From Torpedo marmorata (taxonomy: Eukaryota), in NCBI GenBank assembly GCA_977017645.1, contig OZ360235.1, forward strand, positions 75,826,001-75,890,000: a DNA stretch of 64,000 nt, read 5' to 3'. The notes below the pieces were generated by a model. It saw only the letters and a list, made by a program, of their open reading frames with translations. It made no database searches and was not told the DNA's origin. Of the stretch, positions 23,279 to 35,800 are shown piece by piece. The translations under genes were made by a program, and so were the position numbers. Position 1 is the first letter of the stretch; each line of letters starts with the position of its first letter.

Positions 23279-25375
23279 CCAGGTGTTCTCCACCATCGAC
23301 TTAAAGTCGGCATACCACCAACTACCCATCCGACCGGAGGACCGCCAATACACTGCCTTTGAGGCAGATGGCTGCCTCTATCATTTTCTGAGGGTTCCCT
23401 TTGGTGTCACCAACGGGGTCTCGGTCTTCCAGCGGGAGATGGACTATATGGTTGACCAGTACGGGCTGCAGGCCACATTCCCATATCTGGATAATATCAC
23501 CATTTGCGGCCATGTCCTACAGGATCATGAAGCCAACCTCCAAAAATTCCTCCAGACCGCCAAGCTCCTCAACCTTACTTATAATAAGGATAAATGCGTC
23601 TTTGGCACAACACGCCTGGCTATCCTTGGCTGCGTCGTACAGGACGGAGTAATTGGCCCAGATCCAGACTGCATGTACCCCCTGTTGGAACTCCCCCTTC
23701 CCCACAGCCTCAATGCACTGAAAAGGTGCCTGGGCTTCTTTTCCTATTATTCCCAGTGGGTCCCCAATTATGCGGACAAGGCTCACCCCCTCGTCAAATC
23801 CATCTCTTTTCCCCTGACGTCAGAGGCCCGCGCGGCCTCCAGCCGCATCAAGGCGGACATCGCCAAGGCCACGATGCACGCTTTGGACCAATCCACCCTG
23901 TTCCAGGTGGAGAGCGATGTGTCTGACTTCGCCCTGGCCGCCACCCTCAACCAAGCAGGCAGACCCGTAGCTTTCTTTTCCCAGACCCTCCAGGACCCAG
24001 AAATCCGACATCCCTCTGTCGAGAAAGAGGCCCAAGCCATTGTTGAGGCGGTACAGCACTGGAGGCACTACCTCGCCGAAAAACGATTCACCTTGTTAAC
24101 CGACCAACGTTCAGTTGCGTTTATGTTCAATAACCAACAGCGAGGTAAAATTAAGAATGACAAGATTCTGAGGTGGAGAATCGAACTTTACACCTACAAT
24201 TGCGATATCTTGTACCGGCCCAGTAAATTCAATGAGCCCCCAGATGCCTTTTCCCGCAGAACATGTGCCAGCGCACAAATAGACCGCCTACAAGCCCTCC
24301 ACAGCAACCTCTGCCACGCCGGGGTCACCAGATTCTTCCATTTCTTAAAAGCCCGCAACCTACCTTACTCCATCGAGGAGGTCAGGACCATGACCAGGAA
24401 CTGCCAGATCTGTGCGGAGTGCAAACCACACTTCTACCAACCAGTCAGAGCGCACCTGATAAAAGCCACCCGCCCCTTCGAACGCCTGAGGTTCGACTTC
24501 AAGGGACCCCTTCCCTCCTCTGACCGCAACGTGTACTTCCTCAACATTATTGACGAGTACTCACGTTTCCCGTTCGCGATCCCCTGCCCGGACATGACCA
24601 TGGCCACAGTCATCAAGGTCCTACGCAACCTTTTCACCCTCTTCGGGTACCCCTGCTATATCCATAGCGATCGGGGGTCCTCTTTTATGAGCGATGAACT
24701 GTGTCAATACCTGTTGGCCAGAGGCATCGCCACAAGTAGGACCACCAGTTATAACCCCCAAGGGAACGGGTAGGTGGAGAGGGAGAACGCTACCGTTTGG
24801 AAGGCCACCCTCCTAGCCCTAAGGTCGAGAGGTCTTCCAGTCTCCCGCTGGCAAGTGGTACTCCCTGAGGCACTCCATTCAATCAGATCACTCGTGCACC
24901 GCCACCAATGCCACTCCACATGAGAGAATGTTTTCCTTTCCTAGGAAGTCCACTTCAGGGACCGCGCTGCCGTCCTGGCTGACATCCCCAGGGCCGGTCC
25001 TACTCTGGAGGCATGCGAGGAGCCATAAGCATGACCCACTGGTCGAAAGGGTCCAATACGCCTACGTGACGTACCCTGATGGGCGGGAGGACACGTCTCC
25101 GTTTGGGACCTGGCGCCCTCAGGAGTCCCTGACACCACTGCCGACCGCCCTGCCCCCTCCCCACCTACCGCCACCCACGATGCACCGTTGCCATGGCAAG
25201 TGACCCCAGCTCCGGGGGATGACTTGCCAGATCCTTCGCCGCCACGCATCCACCAAGACAGAGCCGACAACAACACACAGGTGATCCAATCAGGACTGGA
25301 TGCAACAGCTGCGCCACAGCCGGTACTATGACGGACGCAGCGGCAGACCAGATCACCTGAAAGACTGAATCTGTG
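23279..25375 (+). pseudogene. Gypsy B RT, RNase H and integrase (continuation)
   Basis: FSTIDLKSAYHQ, VPFGVTNG, YLDN, RPVAFFS, HxxxxH...CQICAEC, DFKGP, HSDRGSSF. Confidence 0.92.
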
Positions 25376-26145
25376 AGAACTTTAATTCACTTCACCCCGC
25401 AGGACTCTTTTTTTAAAAAGGAGGGGTGAATGTGGTAAACCACTGTAAATACCTGTATATATGTTTATGGTCGTCTGGACACGCCCCTTACTGGCTGTAC
25501 CTGTGGCTCCTCCCACAGACCCCTGAATAAAGGCTATCGTGCCACAGCTCCCTCCCCAGTCCAGCACAGACGACCACCAGGAATGTGCATCCATTCCAAT
25601 GTGAATAAAAGCCTATCAGTTCTTGCTTAACTTCTAGTCTTTCGGAGTTTTTGATGGTGCATTAGTGACATGGAAATCTGATTTCCCTCTCCTCATTGAT
25701 AGATGGTCTTTGGAAATGAACAGTTGTATTCCTCTTGAAAAGATCACATATAGTCTTAGAAAAGGATACAACACCTTTCTGAAAATTTGGCAGCCTTACC
25801 TAGAATATATAGGCACTTCACTGACGCCACCATAGGGATGTGATCATTTCTGGTTAGACAGAAGGCCTCTTTAAAGGATATAACACTGAGTTAGTACAGT
25901 GTCTCTATGTGTTTCACTGTATGCACTGACTGTTTTCTTTCCCTTTAATTGGGTTTATTTAGGAAGGGTAGGGAAGTGGGGATTCTTTGATGTTTTGTGT
26001 TCTGTATAATTGTTAAAAATAAGTTTGAAAATGAAAATAAAATAAAATAAATAAAAGGAGTTCAGTTAGACGCCATCTTTATCAGAATAAAGAGTGCTTA
26101 CTGTTTCTCTCGTGTGAGGCGATTCTTTAATAGAAATACACGACA

Positions 26146-27219
26146 TCGCCATGTACGAGTCACCAGAAAACGGGGGAGGGGGGGTGCAAGGGGTTACCCA
26201 ACGTGGCTCTCATCCTGATGACCACCTTCATGTGTGACTGCATTATGCTGTTTGTGTGACCAAAGTACGAGGGCACCAAGTGCCGCTATGTGCTGAGGTT
26301 CTTCCTTCCCCAGCTGTTGCGAAGGTTGTGCCTGGCCCCGTTGCCGCGCAATGTCTCAGTCAGCTGGACTTTGCCACACCACCTATCCTGTGTGGAAACG
26401 TTTTTCCAGAGGAACACCTTTGACCACAAGTCCATCAGGCAGTGGTCAGCACGGAATGTCCTGCAGACACTGAGAGATGAGGACTCGATGGATCTGGTGG
26501 AGTAGTTCCCTGAGCAGACCATCCAGGTCATCTGGCAGAATGCCTCATCGCCAGTCCTCACAAACAAGCACCAGGACTTGGGCTGGCTGGCGGTGATAGG
26601 AACCCTCCCAGTCAGATCCTTCCTGTACAACCGGAACATCACCCACAACACACGTTGTCCCCGAGGTGATTGCAATGGAGTGGAGACAGTCGCCCACCTC
26701 TTTGCAGAATGCAGTTTCACTAAGAGCGTGTGGAGAAGGATGTAAGGGTCCTTGTCACGGTTCATCCCCAGCAGCAGCGTGACAGAGGACTCTCTGATTT
26801 ACGGTCTGTTCCTGGGGATGCACACAGACTCTGACATCCAGAACTGTTGGAAGATTATCATCTGCCCAAAACCTGTTGGGTCTTTCAGCACACGGAGATG
26901 TCGTTGTGGGAATGCTGCCGACCGGGACGCACTGAAGTTTGGTGCAGACAACGCGAGGGCGCTGTGGGGAAGGACCAGAGTCTAGAGTTCTTCCATTACC
27001 GGGCATTGAGGGGCTGAATCTGAGGGGAAGCTCCTCAAACAACAGAGGGACTGGTACTGACAAGTTGCCACAGTGATGGCATGCTGCTAAATAGGAATGA
27101 AATGTAACAATGTACAGTGATGGAAATGTATGGATACGAAACTAAGAGTGCAAAGAGACTTTGAACGGATTTCTGTTTGTAAATAATTTATTGTGAATAA
27201 AGTCTATTTTTCTAAAAAA
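26146..27219 (+). mobile_element. Tx1-clade LINE, 3' part
   Basis: Resumes after TSD TCGCC; CPRGDCNGVETVAHLFAEC Cys motif; ends AATAAAGTCTATTTTTCTAAAAAA. Confidence 0.8.
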
Positions 27220-27620
27220 TCACACTGGATGTGCACCATCCACAAATGCACAGCAGTCACTTGGAGATAATGCAAGGCTTTCCCTTTCACATCAGTGCCT
27301 CAGTGATGAAGATCAGGACCCTGGCCAATCTAGAATAGGCAAGTTTGTACCTATTACATACTGTAGATCAGGAGTGAACTTAGGCAGCTCACCTCTGCTA
27401 GGAAATTTCAGGGAATTGTCATAAAATGCCACAGAAATCGAACATCGTTATCCCTTCTTCATACCTTCCATTTGCTAATCAGGATATACAGTATTTTTTA
27501 TCCATTAAATGACATAAGGATGATCTTGATATTGTAAATGAACCATATTCAAAGTGCAAACTCTGTCAATGCTTCTTCTTTTATTTAATGCAACTCACTT
27601 TTATTTAATGAAACTCAAGT

Positions 27621-29143
27621 TTCACAGTGGCCGACGTGAGGAGAGTGTTAAGCAAGGTTAACCCACGGAAAGCTGCTGGGCCAGATAACATTCCCGGCAG
27701 AGTGCTCAGGGGATGTGCGGCCCAGCTGGCTGATGTTCTCACCGACATCTTTAACATCTCCCTGAGCAGTGCCGTGGTTCCAACGTGCTTCAAAGCCGCT
27801 ACCATCATCACCGTGCCGAAGAAGTCGACAGTGTCCTGCCTCAATGACTACCGCCCTGTCGCACTCACATCTACCATCATGAAGTGCTTCGAGATGCTCG
27901 TCATGAGGCACATCAAGCTTCTGCTGCCCCCCTCACTGGACCCCCTGCAGTTCGCATATAGATCAAACTGCTCCACAGATGATGCCATCATTACCACCCT
28001 CCACCTAGCCCTCACCCACCTGGAAAATAAGGATGCGTATGTTCGAATGCTGTTTATTGACTTCAGCTCGGCATTCAACACAATCATACCTCAGTACCTG
28101 ATAGGGAAGTTGAGTGGGCTGGGCCTAAACTACACCCTCTGTAATTGGATCCTAGACTGCCTGACGGGAAGACCTCAGGCAGTCCGGATTGGAAACAGCA
28201 CTTCTAAGGTCATTACATTGAGTACGGGGGCTCCCCACGGCTGTGTGCTTAGTCCATTGCTGTTCACCCTGCTGACTCATGACTGTGCAGCAAAACACAG
28301 CTCGAATCACATCATAAAGTTCGCTGATGATACGACCGTGGTGGGCCTTATCAGTAAGAACGATGAGTCAGCATACAGAGATGAGGTGCAGTCACTAATG
28401 GAATGGTGCGGAGCCAACAACCTGCATCTGAATGTAAACAAAACAAAAGCGTTGGTTGTCGACTTCAGAAGGGCCCGGGGGGATCATTCTCCATTGACCA
28501 TGGACGGCTCTACCGTTGAGGTCGTAAAGAGTACCAAGTTTCTTGGAGTTCACTTGGCGGAGAGTCTCAGCTGGTCCCTCAACACCAGTTCCATAGTCAA
28601 GAAAGCCCAGCAGCGTCTTTACTTCCTGCGAAGGCTGAGGGAAGTTCAATCTCCCACCCTCTATCCTTACTACATTCTACAGGGGATGTATTGAGAGTAT
28701 TCTGAGCAATTGCATCACCGCTTGGTTTGGTAACTGTACCATCTCGGACCGAAAGACCCTGCAGAGGATAGTGCGGTCAGCGGAGAAAATTATTGGAGTC
28801 TCTCTCCCCACCGTGATGGACATCTACAACACACGATGCATGAGGAAGGCTAAAAACATTGTGAAGGACTTCTCACACCCCTTTGGTAAACTGTTTTCCC
28901 CTTTGCCATCTGGAAGGAGGTACCGAAGCACTCGGGCTCGTACGTCCAGACTGTGCAACAGTTTTTTCCCCCAAGCCATCAGGCTCCTCAATTCCTAGAT
29001 ATATATGTGTATTAGCATGTTATAGTTTTTCTATTGTATTATGATATTTATGTACATTTGCCCATGGTCCTGGAGAAACGCTATCTCGTCTTACTGTGTA
29101 TATGGTAATGAACGACAAATAAAGGTGACTTGACTTGACTTGA
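27621..29143 (+). mobile_element. Rex1/Babar-type LINE, 5'-truncated
   Basis: ORF 27627-28694: [39 protein letters not shown]; (GACTT)n tail. Confidence 0.93.
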
Positions 29144-29196
29144 CTCCCAATGAGCTGCACGTGTTGGGAAAAAAACACATTTTCTGCTCTTTTCAG

Positions 29197-29362
29197 GTGA
29201 CAGTCTCACAAAACCCTGGACTGGATTATGAAACTCAATCCCATTACGACTTATTGATCTACATTGAAGATAACAAGGGGTACACTGATTTTCAAACGCT
29301 TACAGTTTTATTAGTCGATGTTAATGAGCCTCCAAGATTTGTGGATAATCTCACCAATGGAG
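29197..29362 (+). CDS. CDHR3: Cadherin-related family member 3-like, internal exon (166 nt, phase 0 to 1)
   Basis: ttttcag|GTG...GGAG|gtaagt; VTVSQNPGLDYETQSHYDLLIYIEDNKGYTDFQTLTVLLVDVNEPPRF with LDYE and DVNEPP cadherin motifs. Confidence 0.85.
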
Positions 29363-29484
29363 GTAAGTGGAGGAACGTGTATATTTTGACAAAGAGTACG
29401 TGTAGAGATCATGCAAACAGGCACTTGCACTCTTTTCACAAGCACATTTTAAGAATGCTGCAGTACAGATATAAGGGAAGATTT

Positions 29485-29730
29485 TAACCTGAAAGAACAT
29501 GGCAAGAGAAGTTGTGAAGGATGAGGACAAGTTCTGCCAAATGGAGGAGAGAGTTAATAGATGGTGACTGGACGGCTCTGTATTCAAGAACGAAGCAGAG
29601 GGCCCTGATGCCTTCCTAATGGGGAACGGATGTGTATTGGGATTGCACATCCATGATGAAGATGAGGCAGGGGAGGCCAGAGAATTGGAATTATTCAAAG
29701 AGATAGAAGCGGGCAGGAATGCAGTGAATG
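29485..29730 (-). mobile_element. Old Penelope RT remnant
   Basis: Minus-strand translation (SSIWQNLSSSFTTSL) resembles the same off-frame reading of the Penelope at ~12300 (SSAWQNLSSLSITSL). Confidence 0.5.
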
Positions 29731-31148
29731 TGTTTTTACAGGTTTTATGCTCTCATGTACCATAAAAAGTCAAAGAAAGAAATAACTTCCAGTCCAAAAC
29801 AACAAACAATGTGCTGGAAGAACTCAGAAGATTCCGAAAATTTTTTAAGCTCCTCTGTGCAATTGGTTGGTGAAAATTATCCAACAAGAAATCTTGGCTT
29901 TATATTTAAACATTTATTTGTCTGCAAGTTTGAATATTTTATTGCAGTTACAACACAAAATTAGTGTCACCACATCATATTTCCATGGCATCCTGTTCTC
30001 CCAATTCTCAGTTTAGTGATTTCCTTCTAAATTGTTTTCGATGTTATTTTTCAAGTTGTTTGGGTACAAATCGTATCAACAATTTAAGGGTTGACGGCCT
30101 GATGACACTGCAGAAGAGTCATTCTTGGGATATTTTCAAAAATATCTGGTTTCCAAGTAACTGGTTTGTTTTAGATCTATGTGATTGATTCCTGGTGCAG
30201 GAGCACTGAAAATTCAGCACAAATTCTGTATTTTTATTGAAGTATGCGGCATGCATTGACAGAACATTGTCTTCATCTCTCTCTGCCTGCTATCCCTTCA
30301 GCCATTTTCCATTTTTTCCCCATATAGTCAGACAACACAACATTACACATATTATCCAAAAATAGCAACACATCATGCAGACGAAGAAGCTTACAATCTC
30401 AACCACTTTTATCTCAGTTCAGATTTTGTTCTTTTTCTGCGATTGACTTGCCAAAATAAAAATAAACTGCTGCAAAAAACAAAATCTGGCATCAAATTCA
30501 AAATCATCACCATTTTGAGAGAAGCAACAATGCAACAGAAATATTGACAAGTAACAAACTATTCTCTTCTATTCTGTTCTCTTGCAACATTATATGTACA
30601 TGTCATGCACAAAAGTCTGCTGATGACAAACAGGATTATTTTAATTGATAAATGAACGAGAATATCCGTAATGTTCTGGTTCCTGCTCCTCTTCAGCCAA
30701 CAGTTCCACGGACAAATACTGAAAGCAGCAATGTGCAAGTCATTTTGTACCTGTCTTTGATGCTTGTTGGGAACAGCATAGAGGTCAAGTGACAGCACCT
30801 CTGACTTCCTGCAGGACTCACCGCAGGGGTGAGACTTGTTGCCGACCTAAATTGAAAGTGGCAGCTAAGTGTTTTGATTTATTTTAATTAACATAGTCAG
30901 AGAATCATTATTTGTTTCAATCAGGGCCGGATTAAGCTAGGGCGGGCCTGTAGCATATGTTATAAAGGGGCCCTAAATTTAAAAAATACACATAAATATG
31001 AAAACACATAAATTGTTTACTTGCATAGTAAAGTAATTCATTTTTTTCATTTGCTATACAGCCAGATAATACGACAAATATGTCTGACATTTCAGTAATA
31101 GTATTACTTACATGAAGGTATCAATTTCAAATGTCAAAAGTAACAAAA

Positions 31149-34100
31149 TGTAGCCGCGCGCTACTCGAAAGAAGACACACACACGTAGTGTAGTCAGGTT
31201 AAGCTCTGAGTTTTTATTAGGGCTCAGGCCCGACTTTTATATTTGCACTGTTCCCGCCGTGGCCTCTTTTTGCTGACGTCACAACATGCATAACAAAAGC
31301 GGGTTTCCCGCGCGCGGGTACTTTCCTGCATAACAAAACCCTTCTTCCCCGCGCGCTGTCCCTGTCTGTTGGCTGCGCAGCAAGACCAGCGCCATTTTGG
31401 AGTCGCTGGCCTTTAAGCTGCCCTTGCCGTTCACCCGCCGATTCGCTTGTTGGGGCCAGTGCCGCTGCGCGGGCTGCTGGCCTTTGGTTGTGCTCACCGC
31501 TCGGAGCGCCGGCTCGATCGCCACGGCGATATTGGTATTGTTCTTGGTGCCCTCTAGGCAAAGTCTCTGCAGCCTTCGGTGGCCTGCCTCTTCGGCATGG
31601 TGCTGGTGTCTCGACCGGGCGCGCCGGGTCCAGGTGTGCCGGCTTCAGCCTGTCTGTGGTGAAGACCTCTGTCTTGCCTCCGACCTCCAGCTCGAACGTG
31701 GCCCCGTTGTTGCGGATGACCCGGAACGGACCCTCGTATGGCCTCTGAAGCAGTGGACGATGTGGACCCCTGCGAATGAAAACATACTCACAGTCCTGCA
31801 GGTCTCTGGGTATGTTGGTCCTCACGTGTCCGTGCCTGGAAGGTGGAATTGAGGCCAGGTTGCCAACTCTTTCCCTTAGCCTGCTGAGGAACGCTGCAGA
31901 GTCGTCCTGCTGCCCGCCTGGGGATGGTATGAATTCTCCCGGGACCACCATTGGAGCTCCTTAGACGAGTTCGGCCGAAGAGGTGTTGAGGTCCTCCTTG
32001 GGTGCTGTGCGGATGCCCAACAGCGCCCATGGTAGCTCGTCTACCCAGTTGGGACCTTGGAGTCTGGTCATGAGCGCGGTCTTGAGGTGCCTGTGGAAGC
32101 ACTCCACCAATCCATTGGACGGTGGGTAGTAAGCTGTTTGTGATGCAGCTGGGCACCCCACAGGCTGGCGAGGTCGGACCACAGACTGGAGGTGAACTGG
32201 GCCCCTCTGTCGGATGTGATGTGGGATGGTAACCCGAACTGTGCCTCCCAGGACGAGATGAGGGCCCTGGCGCACGAGGTTGTGGACGTGTCTGCTGGCG
32301 GGAATGCTTCTGGCCACCTGGTGAAGCAGTCGACCATCGTGAACAGATAATGGAAACCCTGGGATACCTGCAAGGATCCTACTATGTCCACGTGGATGTG
32401 GTCGAACCTTCGTTCTGCGAGCTCGAAGTGCTGAGGTGGGGTCTTGGTGTGCTGCTGTACCTTGGCTGTTTGGCATTGCATGCACGTCTTCGCCCACCCG
32501 CTGACCTGTTTCCGCAATCCATGCCACACGTATTTGCTGGCCACCAGCCAGACCGTGGTCCTGACGGATGCGTGAGCCAGTCCGTGGATGGAGTTGAAAA
32601 CCTGTCGTCTCCAAGCCGCCGGGACGATGGGTCTGACCTGACCGGTGGCCACGTCGCACAGGAGAGTAGTGTTACCTGTGCCGACTGGGATGTCCTGGAG
32701 CTGCAGTCCCGATATGGCAGTCCTGTACTGGGGCATCTCCTCGTCTTTCTGCTGCGCCTCCGCCAGTGCCACGAAGTCCACTCCCCTTGATAGCGCGTGG
32801 ATACTTTGCCTGGACAGTGCGTCGGCCACCACGTTGTCCTTACCAGAGACGTGCCTTACATCTGTGGTGTACTCTGAGATGTAAGACAGGTGTCATTGCC
32901 TGCAGGCCTACCAGGGGTCCGAGATCTTAGCCAAGGCGAAAGTCAGGGGCTTGTGATCTGTGAAAGCCGTGAAGGACCTTCCCTCTAGGAAGTACCTGAA
33001 GTGGCGGATGGCTAAGTACAGTGCCAGTAGCTCTTTGTCGAAAGCGCTGTACTTCAGTTCTGGAGGCCGCAGATGTTTGCTGAAGAAAGTCAGCGGCCGC
33101 CAACTTCCTTCGATCTGCTGCTCCAGAACTCCGCCGATCGCCATTCCTGAGGCATCCACCATCAGGGCCGTTGGAGCATCTGCCCTGGGATGTGCCAGGA
33201 GAGCGGCGTCCGCCAGGGCTTCCTTGGCCTTCAAAAAGGCTTCCGCTGACTCCTCGTCCCAGGTGATGTCCTTCGCCTTGCTTGCCATCCGGGCAAACAA
33301 GGGCCGCATGATCCGGGCAGCTGAGGGGATGAACCTGTGGTAGAAATTGATCATCCCCACGAACTCCTGCAGTCCCTTGGTCGAGTTGGGTCTGGGGAAC
33401 TTCCGGATGGCCTCCACTTTACTGGGTAGCGGTGTGGCTCCTTCCTTTCCTGCCCAGGAAGTCGATGGCCTCCAATTCGAACTGGAATTTGGCTGGGTTG
33501 ATCGTCAGGCCGAACTCGCTCAGTCGGGTGCAGAGGTTGCGGAGGTGCATCATATGCTCCTGTTTGTTCCTGCTCGCCACCAGGATGTCGTCCAGGTACA
33601 CGAAGGTGCCGTCCAGGTCTTGGCCCACCGCGTCCATGAGTCGCTGGAAGGTCTGTGCGGCATTCTTTAGCCCGAACAGCATTCGGAGGAATTCGAAGAG
33701 GCCGAACGGGGTGATGATGGCAGTCTTGGGGATATCCTCGGGGTGTACCGGGATCTGATGATATCCCCACATGAGGTCCACCTTGGAGAAGATCCTTGCC
33801 CCGTGCAGGTTCGCCGCAAAGTCCTGGATGTGCGGCACGGGGTACCGATCCGGTGTTGTGGCCTCGTTGAGCCGGCGGTAGTCGCCGCATGGTCTCCAGC
33901 CCCCAGTTGCTTTGGGTACCATGTGCAGGGGAGAAGCCCATGGGCTGTCCGACCGTCGTACGATGCCGAGCTCCTCCAGCTTCCTGAATTCCTCCTTCGC
34001 CAGCTGGAGCTTCTCCGGAGAAAGGTGTCTTGCCCTTGCATGGAGCGGCGGGCCCTGGGTCAGGGTGTGGTGCTGTACTCCATGTCGGGGCATCACCGTG

Positions 34101-35673
34101 GTGAATTGGGGGGTGAGCACTGCAGGCAACTCGGCCAGGACCCTGGCGTACTCATTGTCCGATCTCTGCACGGAGTCCAGGTGGAGTGCTGGGAGCCTGG
34201 CGTCTTTGAGGGGGAAGGTTTGAAAAGTCTTGGCATGGACCAATCTCCTTCCCTTGAGGTCCACTAGCAGGCTGTGGGCGCGCAGGAAGTCTGCGCCGAG
34301 GAGCGGCTGTTCCACTGCGGCCAGCGTGAACACCCACGAGAAGGGGCTGCCTCCCAACAGCAGTTGGGCTTTGTGGGTACCGTAGGTCCGAATCGTGCTG
34401 TTGTTGGCAGCCCTCAGCGTGGGGCCCGACTGCCTGTTCCTGGTGTCCTGTCCCGACGGGGGAAGGATGCTGACCTCTGCTCCTGTGTCCACGAGGAAGC
34501 GTCGTCCGGACTGGCGGTCCCAAACGTACAGGAAGCTTGGTGGCCAGCCGTCGTGACCATTAGCGACAGCTGGCCCCGGTGTTTCCCTGAAACGTGCATG
34601 GCGGCCTGCACCGGTGGGCTCAGGTGCCCCATCTCTAGTGGTAGAAACACCACTGGTCGTCTAGATCACCTCCTCTGGGGCGCTGCTGTTCTCTCGACGG
34701 CTCTGCATGGATCTGGCTGCAGGGTTTAGTGACGAGCCCCACGGACACCGAGCACTCTCTCTTCTGTTTCCACAGAACATCCGCTCGTGCTGCGATTTTA
34801 CGGGGGTCGCTGAAATCCGCGTCAGCCAGGAGCAGTTGGATGTCCTCGGACAGATGCTCCAGGAATGCCTGCTCAAACATGATGCAGGGCTCGTGTTTTC
34901 CCAGGAGGGCCAGCATCTCGTTCATGAGGGCTGACGGGGGCCTGCCCCCTAGCCCGTCCTGGTGGAGCAAACGTGCCCCTCTCTCACGCCGTGAGAGCCC
35001 GAAGGTCTCGATCAGCAAGTCCTTGATGGCAGTGTACGCGCCTTCCGATGGGGGCTCCTGGATGAAGTTGGCCACCCGGCCTGCTGTGTCCTGGTCCAGG
35101 GCGCTCACCACGTGGTAGTACCGGGTGGATTCTGCTGTGATCTGCCGGATCTGGAACTGTGCCTCAGCCTGGTCAAACCACATGCGTGGTTGATTCGTCC
35201 AGAAGGTTGGCAGCTTGAGAGCAACCGCGTTGACTGCTGCCTGTTCGCTCATTGTTGGGTTTAGATGCCGTCTAAACCGTCGGGGTCACCAATTGTAGCC
35301 GCGCACTACTTGAAAGAAGACACACACACGTAGTGTAGTCAGGTTAAGCTCTGAATTTTTATTAGGGCTCAGGCCCGACTTTTATATTTGCACTGTTCCC
35401 GCCGTGGCCTCCTTTTGCTGACATCACAACATGCATAACAAAAGTGGGTTACCCGCACGCAGGTACTTTCCTGCATAACAATACCGTTCTTCCCCGCGCG
35501 CTGTCCCTGTCTGTTGGCTGCGCATCAAGGCCAGCGCCATTTTGGGGTCGCTGGCCTTTAAGCTGCCCTTGCCGTTCACCCGCCAGTTCGTTTGCTGGGG
35601 CCAGACCCACTGCGCGGGCTGCTGGCCTTTGGTTGTACTCGCCGCCCGGAGTGCCGGATCGATCGCCGCCACA
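31149..35673 (-). mobile_element. Gypsy LTR retrotransposon C, CsRn1/Kabuki-like
   Basis: LTRs 35294-35673 and 31149-~31524 (about 7% different by manual count), 4-bp TSD AAAA, tRNA-Trp-type PBS TGGTGACCCCGACG at 35278-35291. Confidence 0.92.
31530..35252 (-). pseudogene. Gypsy C gag-pol (disrupted)
   Basis: Gag KLPTFW...WFDQAEAQF and CFYH...CRPPC (CHCC); VDTGAEVS; [15 protein letters not shown]; YSAFDKELLA; HVDIVG, TSDRGAQF, GPF motif. Confidence 0.92.
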
Positions 35674-35800
35674 AAAAATACAATTTAAATGTTACATTTT
35701 CTAGATATAGCATGAGCAAATTTGTTGATGATACTGGAAATGTTTATAAGTAAACTTTGAGCGAGCTGTTCAGCACTATGACCTTCCATATCCAAAAACT

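Larger units (their letters stand above)
14816..25664 (+). mobile_element. Gypsy LTR retrotransposon B nested in L1-a
   Basis: 234-bp LTRs 14816-15049 and 25431-25664 (9 differences by manual count), TSD GTGAC at 14811-14815 and 25665-25669, polypurine tract AAAAAGGAGGGGTGAA at 25415-25430. Confidence 0.95.
11500..26056 (+). mobile_element. 5'-truncated L1 (L1-a) in three pieces: ~11500-12206, 13834-14815, 25665-26056
   Basis: SRQGCPLSP, LPITLIGRVNCVKMN, CFRCGIEVGSFLHSTWLC; the reading CITVT|WKSD is restored across Gypsy B; A-rich tail at ~26027-26056. Confidence 0.9.
6799..26145 (+). mobile_element. Gypsy LTR retrotransposon A (Mag-like), inflated to 19.3 kb by nested insertions
   Basis: 5' LTR 6799-6943 (TG...CA), partial 3' LTR ~26053-26145, 5-bp TSD TCGCC at 6794-6798 and 26146-26150. 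Confidence 0.92.

Noticed and set aside
14770-25594. Duplicated small ORFs (MDAHSWWSS...) at 14770 and 25382, and similarly at 31279 and 35424
   Set aside because: Chance translations of paired LTRs, not gene duplicates
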